In this document: piece by piece, positions 21,639-30,056 of the stretch
How positions within the stretch are numbered: the stretch's first letter is position 1
Layout: each line of letters starts with the position of its first letter
Assembly: GCA_035513555.1 (NCBI GenBank)
Contig: DATKBY010000041.1
Coordinates: 21,272-85,271 of the forward strand
Direction of reading: 5' to 3'
DNA from: Steroidobacteraceae bacterium
GTDB lineage: Bacteria > Pseudomonadota > Gammaproteobacteria > Steroidobacterales > Steroidobacteraceae
DNA length: 64,000 nt
Position numbers and translations under genes: made by a program
The notes under the pieces: model-generated
Databases searched by the model: none
The model's input: the letters and a program-made list of their open reading frames with translations, nothing else
What the model was told of the DNA's origin: nothing

Positions 21639-22104
21639 GGCCGCCGGCCCGATCATCCGGGTCCGCCGTTCGAGGATCCACGGCTACGGCGTTTTCGCCG
21701 TGCAGCCGATACCCCGGGGCAGGCGCATCATCGAGTATGTCGGCGAGCGCGTGTCGCATGCCGAAGCGGATGGCCGTTACGAGGGCCGACCGGCGCGCGA
21801 CGCGCATACGTTCCTGTTCATCGTCAACGAGGATGTCGTGGTCGACGCCGGCGTCGATGGCAACGACGCGCGCTACGTCAATCATTCCTGCAGGCCGAAT
21901 TGCGAGACCGAGGTCATCCGCGGCCGCATCTGGATCCGTTCGTTGCGCCGGATCCTGCCGGGTGAGGAGCTTTCCTACGACTACTGCATCGGGCGTGACG
22001 CGGACGACGCGCCGGATGTGGACGAAATTTACTGTTGCCGTTGCGGCACGCCGCGCTGCCGCGGGACCATGCTGGTCGGTCGCCGACCGCGGCAACGCAA
22101 GTGA
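21607..22104 (+). CDS. SET-domain protein (putative protein-lysine N-methyltransferase)
   Basis: Contains [23 protein letters not shown] and a C-terminal Cys cluster CCRCGTPRC (post-SET-like). ATG 21607 is the most downstream start and is where GC3 in this frame rises. The track start 21556 lies deep in thyA. Confidence 0.8.
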   Translation: MPPSARPSPSEAAGPIIRVRRSRIHGYGVFAVQPIPRGRRIIEYVGERVSHAEADGRYEGRPARDAHTFLFIVNEDVVVDAGVDGNDARYVNHSCRPNCETEVIRGRIWIRSLRRILPGEELSYDYCIGRDADDAPDVDEIYCCRCGTPRCRGTMLVGRRPRQRK

Positions 22105-22592
22105 CGCCCGCGCCGGTCGCCGTCGTCGCCATGGCCGACAACGGCGTCATCGGCCGGGACAACGGGCTGCCGTGGCATCTGCCGGACGATCTGAAGCGCT
22201 TCAAGGCGCTGACGATGGGGCATGCGCTGCTGATGGGGCGGCGCACCTTCGAAGCGATCGGTCGGCCGCTGCCGGGCCGGCGCAACCTGGTGCTGACGCG
22301 CAATGCCGCATGGCGCGCCGACGGATGCGAAACCGTGACTTCGCCGGCTGCAGCCATCGCGTTGACCGGCGACCCCGGCGAACTGTTCGTGATCGGCGGC
22401 GCGGAGGTCTTTCTGGCCTGCTGGCCGATGGTCGGGCGCATCGAGCTCACCGAAGTGCACGCCGCGGCGTCCGGCGACACCCTGCTGTCCGGATTCAGGC
22501 GCGACGAATGGCGCGAGATTGCGCGCGAAGAACATGCCGCGGACGCGCGACACGCGCATCGCTTCAGTTACGTGACGCTCGTCAGGCGTTGA
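22101..22592 (+). CDS. folA: dihydrofolate reductase
   Basis: GTG 22101 (GTGA overlap with the SET stop): VAVVAMADNGVIGRDNGLPWHLPDDLKRFK...LLMGRRTFEAIGRPLPGR. Confidence 0.93.
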   Translation: MTPAPVAVVAMADNGVIGRDNGLPWHLPDDLKRFKALTMGHALLMGRRTFEAIGRPLPGRRNLVLTRNAAWRADGCETVTSPAAAIALTGDPGELFVIGGAEVFLACWPMVGRIELTEVHAAASGDTLLSGFRRDEWREIAREEHAADARHAHRFSYVTLVRR

Positions 22593-23856
22593 GCTGCCGC
22601 TCGATCAGCGCGACCGCACGCCAGCAATCCTCGAAGCAGTTGTAAAGCGGCGCCGGCGCGAGGCGAATGACGTCCGGTTCGCGCCAGTCGCAGGTGAGCC
22701 CGGCCGCGAGCAGCGCGTCGAACAGGCCGCGCCCTCCGCCGCGAGCGCCCCGCAGCCGTACCGACAGTTGCGCGCCACGCCATTCCGGCTCGCGAGGCGT
22801 CAGGATCTCGATGCGCTCGCCCAGCCGCTCGAGCAGCAGCCGCTCGAGCCAGCCGGTCAGCTCGCGCGAGCGCGCGGCAAGCGCCGGCATGCCCGCGGCC
22901 GTGAATTGCGCCAGCGAAGCCTCGAGCGGCACCATGCCGAGCAGCGGGTGATTGCTGACCTGCCATCCCGCGGCGCCCCGGTACGGGTGCAGTTCCGGCG
23001 CAAAGTCGAAGCGCGAATCGAGGTCGTTGCCCCACCATCCCGCGAGCCGCGGAAGCTCCGCGTCAAAATGCCGCTCGTGCACGAAGGCGCCGCCCGTCGC
23101 GCCGGGTCCGCCATTCAGGTATTTGTACGAGCACCAGACGGCGAAGTCCGCATCCCAGTCGTGAAGCGCGAGCGGCACGTTGCCCATTGCGTGCGCGAGG
23201 TCGAGCCCGATGAGCGCTCCGACTCCGTGCGCTTCGCGGACCAGGGCGGCGAGATCGAAGAGCTGCCCGGTCAGGTACTGGATGCCGGGCAGAAGCACGA
23301 GCGCAAGCCGTTCGCCCTGGCGCCGGATGCCGGCGACCAGATCTTCATGCCGAAGCAGGTGCTCGCCGGGGCGCGGCGCGACCTGCACCAAGGACTGTTC
23401 GCGCTCCAGTCCATGCCAGGCGAGCTGCGAGACGACGGCATAGCGGTCAGACGGAAATGCGCCGTGCTCGACCAGGATCACGTGCCTGTCGCGGGTCGGC
23501 CGGTAGAAGCTCGCCAGCAGCAGGTGCAGGTTGAGCGTCAGCGAGTGCATCGCGACGACTTCCTCGCGCTTTGCGCCCGCCAGCGTCGCCAGCGCGGGCG
23601 CAAGCCGCTCGTGCAGATTGAGCCAGTCCGCACGGGGATCGTGGTAGCCGAGTACGCCGAGCCGCTGCCATTCGGACATGAAGCGCGCCACCGCTCCGGC
23701 AGCCGCCCGCGGCTGCAGTCCGAGCGAATTGCCGCAGAGATATATCGCCGGCGTGCCTTCGGGCGATTGCGGAAAATGAAACTCTCTGCGCCATGCCGTT
23801 TGCGGGTCGGCGCCATCCCGTGCGAGCGCCTCGTCATGCGTCAGCGCGCGACTCAT
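22582..23856 (-). CDS. kynU: kynureninase
   Basis: Start is residue M203 of the 626-aa track ORF (complement of 23854-23856): MSRALTHDEALARD...YLCGNSLGLQP...SYKYLNGGPG (PLP Lys). Confidence 0.92.
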   Translation of the reverse strand: MSRALTHDEALARDGADPQTAWRREFHFPQSPEGTPAIYLCGNSLGLQPRAAAGAVARFMSEWQRLGVLGYHDPRADWLNLHERLAPALATLAGAKREEVVAMHSLTLNLHLLLASFYRPTRDRHVILVEHGAFPSDRYAVVSQLAWHGLEREQSLVQVAPRPGEHLLRHEDLVAGIRRQGERLALVLLPGIQYLTGQLFDLAALVREAHGVGALIGLDLAHAMGNVPLALHDWDADFAVWCSYKYLNGGPGATGGAFVHERHFDAELPRLAGWWGNDLDSRFDFAPELHPYRGAAGWQVSNHPLLGMVPLEASLAQFTAAGMPALAARSRELTGWLERLLLERLGERIEILTPREPEWRGAQLSVRLRGARGGGRGLFDALLAAGLTCDWREPDVIRLAPAPLYNCFEDCWRAVALIERQLNA

Positions 23857-24650
23857 TCGAAATCCACCGCGTACAGCAGCGGCCGGGACGGCGCCGCATC
23901 CGACAGGAACGCGGGTATCTGCAGGTCGAGCAGATAATGCCCATCCGGTATGGCGGGCGCGATCCAGGCGAGTTCGGTGATGCTTGCCTGCGGTCGTTTG
24001 GCATCGCGGGCGCGGCGTGAGCCGGCGGGCAATCCGAAGAAGGTGCGGTGAGCGGTCAGACGGCCGCCATCTTCCGCGCGGTCGGCCGACGGCAGGTCGA
24101 GCACGAGATGGTCGATTCCGTGATCGACCAGCCACGCTGCCGCCTGCCGCGACAGGTATGGCGCCGGCGCCGGCCCGCGATAGTGGTGGTGCGGTCCATG
24201 TGCCGATGCCTGCATCGTGCGCAGGATCATCGCGCGGGGCGCGGCGGCGCCGTGCGACCGGAAGTCGGTCTCGAGCGCGGCCGCCGTCACGAGCAGATCG
24301 CCAGGCGCCGGCAGCGGATCGCTGTCTTCCGGCGTCGCGGCGGCGGCGACAGGTTCGAGCGTGACCAGCAGCGCGAGCACCATGCCGCCCGGCACGCGTT
24401 CGCAGACGGCGACACGGTCCTCGGTCAGGTGGCCGACACATTCCGTGTGAGTGCCATTGCAATGCGGCGTGAGCGTCAGCAATTCACAGTTGCAGCCGGG
24501 GCCGGCTTGCAGCGGCCGGGACGAAGCGGGCGGCGCATCGAAACAGGCCGCTTGCGGGCCGCCGAAATCAAGCGGAATCGCGATTGAGACGGGCATCGAT
24601 AGATCTGCCGACAGCTGACGGCCCGCCCACTCGAATCGCATGATGGTCAT
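23853..24650 (-). CDS. cyclase-family protein (putative kynurenine formamidase, atypical metal motif)
   Basis: Start is residue M189 of the track ORF (complement of 24648-24650). HCNGTHTECVGH resembles the cyclase HxGTHxDxPxH motif, and LVLDLPSAD resembles the second motif. ATGA coupling to kynU. Confidence 0.55.
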   Translation of the reverse strand: MTIMRFEWAGRQLSADLSMPVSIAIPLDFGGPQAACFDAPPASSRPLQAGPGCNCELLTLTPHCNGTHTECVGHLTEDRVAVCERVPGGMVLALLVTLEPVAAAATPEDSDPLPAPGDLLVTAAALETDFRSHGAAAPRAMILRTMQASAHGPHHHYRGPAPAPYLSRQAAAWLVDHGIDHLVLDLPSADRAEDGGRLTAHRTFFGLPAGSRRARDAKRPQASITELAWIAPAIPDGHYLLDLQIPAFLSDAAPSRPLLYAVDFE

Positions 24651-24731
24651 CGAGTCATTATAATCACGGGACGGAACCCTACCTGCCGCGGCGGGTCTGA
24701 GGTTGCGGGTTGTTTGACAGAGGTATGGATC

Positions 24732-25301
24732 ATGGGGCTGCGGGGCGCATTCGTGATGGCGGCCGTACTGGCTGCGTTGCCTGCCATTGCGAACGAATCC
24801 GGGTCCGACGAGGCTGCCGCTGCATGGAAGCGGCACGAGGTGCAGTTTGTCTACAGCGGCTTCACCACACGTTATTCCTGCGGCGGACTGCGTAGCAAAG
24901 TCAAGCTGCTGCTGAAGCACCTGGGCGCCCGACCGGACATCAAGATCACGGAACGCGGCTGCGACGAAGGCTATGCTCTCGTCGCCGAATTTCCGCGCCT
25001 CAAGGTCGTGTTCTATGCGCCGGAACTTCCCGAGTCCGGTGCGCGTGACGTCGGCGAGCCCGTGCTCGGCGTCTGGAAACCGGTCACGATCAAGCGCAAT
25101 TCGCCGCGCGGGCTCGACATGGGCGACTGCGAACTGGTCGAGTTGTTCCGCGATCGCGTCATGCCGAAATTCCTGACGCGCAATGTCCAGGGCGACGTCA
25201 ATTGCATCCCGCACCAGCTCGTCGGCAACCGCATCGATCTGCGCTTCGAGGTGCTGACCGGTATCCAGCCCGTCGATACCGTGCAGGCTCTGGCCAACTA
25301 A
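24732..25301 (+). CDS. hypothetical secreted protein (signal peptide, four Cys)
   Basis: 189 aa from ATG 24732: MGLRGAFVMAAVLAALPAIA-NESG... High GC3, and I recognise no motif. Confidence 0.6.
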   Translation: MGLRGAFVMAAVLAALPAIANESGSDEAAAAWKRHEVQFVYSGFTTRYSCGGLRSKVKLLLKHLGARPDIKITERGCDEGYALVAEFPRLKVVFYAPELPESGARDVGEPVLGVWKPVTIKRNSPRGLDMGDCELVELFRDRVMPKFLTRNVQGDVNCIPHQLVGNRIDLRFEVLTGIQPVDTVQALAN

Positions 25302-26132
25302 TCAGCGAGCCGGCGCCTGGCTGCCGCGGCAGGGCAGCATGACCGGCGGCTCCTCGGCATCGAGCCGCGTCGCGCAAAGCGACCCGCCCCAGACGCAACC
25401 CGTGTCGAGCGCGCGCAGTGCCGGTTCAGCGAGGTAGCCGAGCGCCGACCAGTGGCCGAACACGAGCCGGTCGTCTTTCGTCTTGCGCTGGGGATGCCGG
25501 AACCACGGGATCGCGCCGTGCGGCGCGCTGTCGACCGGACCTTTCAGACGCGGCAACAGCCGGCCTCCGCCGTCCACGAACCGCAGTCTTGCCAGGCAAT
25601 TGATCGTGAACCGATGTCGCTCGATACCGGCCAGCTGCAGCGACCAGCGGTCGGGCATGTCGCCATACATTCCGCCAAGCAATGCCGCCGGGTCGTCGCG
25701 CAGCGCCGCCTCGACCTCCCTCGCACAGGCCTCTGCCTGCGCGAGCGTCCACTGCGGCGCAAGACCGGCGTGGATCAGCGTCCAGCCGAGCGCCGCGTCG
25801 CGATGCAGCAGGGGCCGCCCGGCCAGCCATATCAGCAGTTCATCCGCGTCCGGCGCGTCCAGCACGGCCTGCAATTCCGGCTCACGGCGCCGCACCGAAT
25901 CCGGCGCCCAGGCCATCGCGAGCAGGTGCAGGTCGTGATTGCCGAGCACGGTGGTCGCGGCGTCACCCAGTCCGCGCACGGCACGCAACACCTCGAGCGA
26001 GGCTGGCCCGCGATTGACCAGGTCGCCGGTCAGCCAAAGGCGGTCGACGGCCGGATCGAAACGCAGCCGGTCGAGCAACGCGACGAACTCCGCGTGGCAG
26101 CCCTGCAGATCGCCGATCGCGTAGTGCGCCAT
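25302..26132 (-). CDS. apaH: bis(5'-nucleosyl)-tetraphosphatase, symmetrical
   Basis: Start is residue M80 of the track ORF: MAHYAIGDLQGCHAEF...GDLVNRGP...GNHDLHLL. Confidence 0.93.
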   Translation of the reverse strand: MAHYAIGDLQGCHAEFVALLDRLRFDPAVDRLWLTGDLVNRGPASLEVLRAVRGLGDAATTVLGNHDLHLLAMAWAPDSVRRREPELQAVLDAPDADELLIWLAGRPLLHRDAALGWTLIHAGLAPQWTLAQAEACAREVEAALRDDPAALLGGMYGDMPDRWSLQLAGIERHRFTINCLARLRFVDGGGRLLPRLKGPVDSAPHGAIPWFRHPQRKTKDDRLVFGHWSALGYLAEPALRALDTGCVWGGSLCATRLDAEEPPVMLPCRGSQAPAR

Positions 26133-26137
26133 CCGGC

Positions 26138-26521
26138 TTAGTGGATCGTGCCCGGAATCGCGAGAGTAAATGGCGGGATCGGCGCGTCGAACTTCACGCC
26201 GTCGTCGGCCAGCATCTGGTACGAGCCCTGCATGGCCCCTACCGGCGTCTCGAGCACGGCGCCGCTCGTGTAGCGGAAACCCTGTCCAGGCAGCAGGTGC
26301 GGCTGTTCGCCGACGACTCCTTCGCCGCGCACTTCCTGCACCTTGCCATTCGCATCGGTGATGACCCAATGCCGCGCCAGCAGCTTCGCGGGGACGGCGC
26401 CACGATTGCGGATCGTGATCGTGTACGCGAACACGAAGCGGCGCTCCTCAGGGTCGGACTGGTCTTCCAGGTAGCGCGTGTCGACGTCCACCGTCACCAG
26501 ATGCTCGCTCGATTCCTCCAT
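26138..26521 (-). CDS. apaG: ApaG (DUF525) protein
   Basis: 127 aa: [13 protein letters not shown]...[22 protein letters not shown], in the conserved position upstream of apaH. Confidence 0.92.
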   Translation of the reverse strand: MEESSEHLVTVDVDTRYLEDQSDPEERRFVFAYTITIRNRGAVPAKLLARHWVITDANGKVQEVRGEGVVGEQPHLLPGQGFRYTSGAVLETPVGAMQGSYQMLADDGVKFDAPIPPFTLAIPGTIH

Positions 26522-26529
26522 GCCCCGTC

Positions 26530-26961
26530 CTAGCGCAGACGGACGGCGAGCACGTCACAAGGCGCGGCGTGCAGCACCGTGTCTTCCGTGAAGTTCACGA
26601 GTATCGAGGGGCCGCGGCGCTCGCGGGAGCCGAGCACGATCAGGTCCGCGTGCCGTTCCTGCGCGGCCCGAACGATCTCGGCCTTGATGTTGCCGGCCGC
26701 GACGTCGCGACGCACGTCGGCGATGCCGAGCTTCACGGCGAGTTCGGTAAGGCGCTGCCTGGCGCGATTCACCAGCTCTTCCTCGATCTGCATCGCCGGC
26801 AGCAGCGTTTCGCCCATCGGTTCGACGGGCACGTATTCCACGACATGCAGGACCGACAGGTCGGCGCCAAAGAGCGCAGCCAGATCGCGCGCCCGTGCGC
26901 CGATCAGTTCGCTATGCTCGCCCAGATCGACGACCAGCAGGATGTTCCGGTAGATGCTCAT
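26530..26961 (-). CDS. universal stress protein (UspA family)
   Basis: 143 aa from the complement of 26959-26961: [13 protein letters not shown]...[12 protein letters not shown]...[12 protein letters not shown]. Confidence 0.85.
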   Translation of the reverse strand: MSIYRNILLVVDLGEHSELIGARARDLAALFGADLSVLHVVEYVPVEPMGETLLPAMQIEEELVNRARQRLTELAVKLGIADVRRDVAAGNIKAEIVRAAQERHADLIVLGSRERRGPSILVNFTEDTVLHAAPCDVLAVRLR

Positions 26962-26971
26962 GCCGGGGACA

Positions 26972-27763
26972 TTATATGCCGGTCGCGGCAGGAGCCGGTT
27001 GCGCAGCGAGTTTTGCGAATTCCGCGGGTTCCAGCGTCTCCGGCCGCCGGCCGGCATCGATGCCGGTGGCGGCGAAGGCCTGCTCCGCGACCAGGCCTCG
27101 CAGCGAGTTACGCAGCGTCTTGCGCCGCATCGAGAAGGCGGCTGCGACGACCCGCGCGAACCGCGCGGCATCGGGCAGCGGAAACGGCGCGGCGGCGTGT
27201 GGCACCAGCCGGACGACCGCCGAATCGACCGCCGGCGCCGGGCGGAAGGCACCGCTACCCACGCGACACAGCAATTCCGCCCGGCAGGCGGCGGCGAGCA
27301 TGACCGTCAGGCGGCCATAAATCTTGCCGCCGGGCCCGGCGACCATCCGTTCGACAACCTCTTTCTGCAGCATGAAGTGCATATCGGCGATGACGGCGCG
27401 CGATTCAAGCAGATGGAACAGCAGCGGCGTTGAAATGTTGTATGGCAGGTTGCCGCAGAGCCTGAGCGGCGGACCGTCGCCGTACAGCGAAGCGATGTTC
27501 ATCCCCAGCACGTCTCCCTGCCGGACGACGAGCTCGCCGGCGCCGGCACAGTGCCGCTGCAATTCCGGTATCACGTCGCGGTCGATCTCGATGACTTCGA
27601 GGCGCCCGCAGCGCTCGAGCAACGGCCGCGACAGCGCGCCGAGGCCCGGACCGATCTCGACGATGCGTTCGCCCGGCTTCGGATCAATCGCGGCGACGAT
27701 GCGCGATATGACGCCCGGGTCATGCAGGAAATGCTGGCCGAAGCGCTTGCGGGAGCGGATCAT
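26972..27763 (-). CDS. rsmA: 16S rRNA (adenine1518/1519-N6) dimethyltransferase
   Basis: 263 aa: KRFGQHFLHD...VEIGPGLGALS. Confidence 0.96.
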   Translation of the reverse strand: MIRSRKRFGQHFLHDPGVISRIVAAIDPKPGERIVEIGPGLGALSRPLLERCGRLEVIEIDRDVIPELQRHCAGAGELVVRQGDVLGMNIASLYGDGPPLRLCGNLPYNISTPLLFHLLESRAVIADMHFMLQKEVVERMVAGPGGKIYGRLTVMLAAACRAELLCRVGSGAFRPAPAVDSAVVRLVPHAAAPFPLPDAARFARVVAAAFSMRRKTLRNSLRGLVAEQAFAATGIDAGRRPETLEPAEFAKLAAQPAPAATGI

Positions 27764-28782
27764 CCGAGCCGCTGTGCGAGCTCGATTGCCTCGAACAGGC
27801 TGCCGGGATCCGCGCGTCCGCTGCCCGCAAGATCGAGTGCCGTGCCGTGGTCGACGGATGTGCGCCAGAACGGCAATCCGAGCGTCAGATTGACGGCGCG
27901 GCCGAAGCCGGCGTGCTTCACGACTGGCAGCCCCTGATCGTGAAACATGGCGAGCACGGCGTCCGTCGCCGCGAGCGACGCCGGCGCGAACGCCGTGTCC
28001 GCCGGAACGGGACCGCTGGCCTCGATGCCGCGTGCGCGGGCGGCCGCGACCGCGGGTCCGATGACTTCCTGTTCCTCGCGCCCCAGGTGGCCGCCTTCGC
28101 CGGCGTGCGGGTTAAGGCCGCAGACCAGGATGCGCGGCCGATGCAGGGCGAATGCAGCGGCCAGTCCCTGGTCGAGCACGTCGAGGGTCTCGCCCAGCGA
28201 TTCGCGCGTCACGTGCCGCGGCACGTCGGCGAGCGGGAGGTGGGTCGTTGCGAGCGCGACGCGCAGCGATCCAGCGACCAGCAGCATCACGGGCCTTGGC
28301 GCGCCGCTCCGGGCAGCAAGATGCTCGGTGTGGCCGCTGAAGCCGATGCCGGCATCGTTGATCGAGGACTTCTGCACTGGGGCAGTCACCATCGCCGCAA
28401 AACGCCCGTCGAGACAGCCTTCCATGGCAGCATCCAGCAGCGCGAGCACATATCGCGCATTGGCGGGATCGGGCTTGCCGGTTACTGCCGGTTTTGCGAG
28501 CGCCCGCGCGAACAGCGGCATCGTTCCGGCGCGGTGGGGGACCACGGCCGTTTCCCCGTGCCACGGGCTGATCCTGACGTCGAGCGACAGCAGGGCTGCG
28601 CGCGCGGCGAGCAGGTCGGGATCGCCGGCAAAAACGAGCTGGCAGGGCCAGTCGGAAAGCGCCGCGGCGAGCGCGAGATCCGGACCGACGCCCGCGGGCT
28701 CGCCGGTGGTGATGACGATCCGCTTTGTGTTCAGGGATTGCGGATCTCGACGTAGGCCTCGTCGCGGAGTCTTCGCAGCCAC
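27760..28782 (-). CDS. pdxA: 4-hydroxythreonine-4-phosphate dehydrogenase
   Basis: Contains TTGEPAGVGPD, GHTEHLA and NPHAGEGG. The listed start (GTG 28782) overlaps surA by 52 nt with poor GC3. The homologous N-terminus begins at a CTG at 28734 (see findings). Confidence 0.9.
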   Translation of the reverse strand: MAAKTPRRGLRRDPQSLNTKRIVITTGEPAGVGPDLALAAALSDWPCQLVFAGDPDLLAARAALLSLDVRISPWHGETAVVPHRAGTMPLFARALAKPAVTGKPDPANARYVLALLDAAMEGCLDGRFAAMVTAPVQKSSINDAGIGFSGHTEHLAARSGAPRPVMLLVAGSLRVALATTHLPLADVPRHVTRESLGETLDVLDQGLAAAFALHRPRILVCGLNPHAGEGGHLGREEQEVIGPAVAAARARGIEASGPVPADTAFAPASLAATDAVLAMFHDQGLPVVKHAGFGRAVNLTLGLPFWRTSVDHGTALDLAGSGRADPGSLFEAIELAQRLG

Positions 28783-30038
28783 AACTCGGTCTCCTCGTCG
28801 AGCTTGCTCTCGCGCAGCGCCAGCAGCACGGACTGACGGCGCACCTCGTCGCTCTGGTCATGCGTGCGCCTGCCGAGCAGCTGCACGATGTGCCAGCCGA
28901 ACTGCGTCCGGAAAGGCTCGCTGATCTCGTCCGGCTCGAGCGCGGCGAGCTGCGCCTCGAACTCCGGATCGAAGGTGCCGGGGGAATTCCAGCCGAGATC
29001 GCCGCCACGGCTGCCCGAGCCCGGATCCTCCGACGTGACGCTCGCGAGCGCGCCGAAATCCTCTCCGCCACGGACGCGTTCGAGCAACGATGCGAGGCGC
29101 TGCCGCGTTGTCGCGTCGTCCTGTACCTCGGTCGGCCGCATCAGTATGTGGCGCGCGTGGACCTGCTCGACCATCATTGGCCCGGTCTGGCTGCCGCGGG
29201 TCTCGTCGAGCCGGACGATGTGGAAGCCGGTCGGCGTGCGCACGGGGTCGCTGACGTCGCTCGGTTCCATGCGGTCGACGAGTTCCGCGATGAACTGCGG
29301 AAGCTGTCCCATCCTGCGCCAGCCGAGTTTGCCGCGTTCGAGCGCGGACTGCGCCTGCGAATGTGCGATTGCGAGCTGGCCGAAATCCTCTCCGCCCCGG
29401 GCACGCGCGGTGATGTCGCGCGCCAGTTCTTCGACGCGGTTCATCTGGTCGGTGGTGGCCGACTCCGGCAGCGGCAGCAGGATGTGGGATACGTCGTATT
29501 CCGCGTTCTGGTCCGCCTGGTTCGCCTGGCGTTCGAGCGCCTGGTCGAGTTCCCGCGGCGACACGTATATGCGAGGGACCACGTCCCGCTGGCGCAGCAT
29601 CGACATCGTGATTTCCCGCCGCATCTCCTCACGGAAGGTCGCGTAATCGATCCCCTGCGCGGCGAGCGTCGCGGGCATCTGTTCGAATGCGATACCGTTG
29701 CGCTGCGCGATGTCGCGCAGCGCCTCGTTCAGCATTTCGTCCGGCACCTGCACGCCGAGCCGGCCGGCGCGCTGTAGCTGAATCTCCTGCAGAACCAGGC
29801 GCTCCAGCACCTGCTGGCGGAGCACGTCGGCCGGCGGCAGCTGGGTGCCCTGGCTCTGCAACCGGTCGACGATCATGGCGCTCTGGGTGTCGAGCTGGCT
29901 CTGCAGCACGATGCCCTCGTTGACGATCGCAATTACGCGATCCAGCGGAACGCCGCTGGTCGACAGTTCGCGCGTCTGCGCGGCGGCAGGACCTGCAAGC
30001 GCCAGCGACAGCAACAGGGCGGTCAGTAGTCGGCTCAT
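28731..30038 (-). CDS. surA: periplasmic chaperone/peptidyl-prolyl isomerase SurA
   Basis: 435 aa with signal peptide MSRLLTALLLSLALAGPAAA, a SurA N-domain and two parvulin-type repeats. Sits in the lptD-surA-pdxA synteny. Confidence 0.93.
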   Translation of the reverse strand: MSRLLTALLLSLALAGPAAAQTRELSTSGVPLDRVIAIVNEGIVLQSQLDTQSAMIVDRLQSQGTQLPPADVLRQQVLERLVLQEIQLQRAGRLGVQVPDEMLNEALRDIAQRNGIAFEQMPATLAAQGIDYATFREEMRREITMSMLRQRDVVPRIYVSPRELDQALERQANQADQNAEYDVSHILLPLPESATTDQMNRVEELARDITARARGGEDFGQLAIAHSQAQSALERGKLGWRRMGQLPQFIAELVDRMEPSDVSDPVRTPTGFHIVRLDETRGSQTGPMMVEQVHARHILMRPTEVQDDATTRQRLASLLERVRGGEDFGALASVTSEDPGSGSRGGDLGWNSPGTFDPEFEAQLAALEPDEISEPFRTQFGWHIVQLLGRRTHDQSDEVRRQSVLLALRESKLDEETELWLRRLRDEAYVEIRNP

Positions 30039-30056
30039 GGCATATCCGGGTCGGTA

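Noticed and set aside
23857-24462. 202-residue N-terminal extension of the kynureninase ORF (track ORF 22582-24462)
   Set aside because: The extension is Arg/Pro/Ala-rich and overlaps the upstream cyclase gene in another frame. The recognisable KynU N-terminus starts at 23856 with ATGA coupling. The same logic trims the track ORFs for mltB (to 40234), rodA (41370), apaH (26132), hemA (62451), prmC (60128), the USP (26961), the cyclase (24650), the dioxygenase (50691) and several plus-strand genes.
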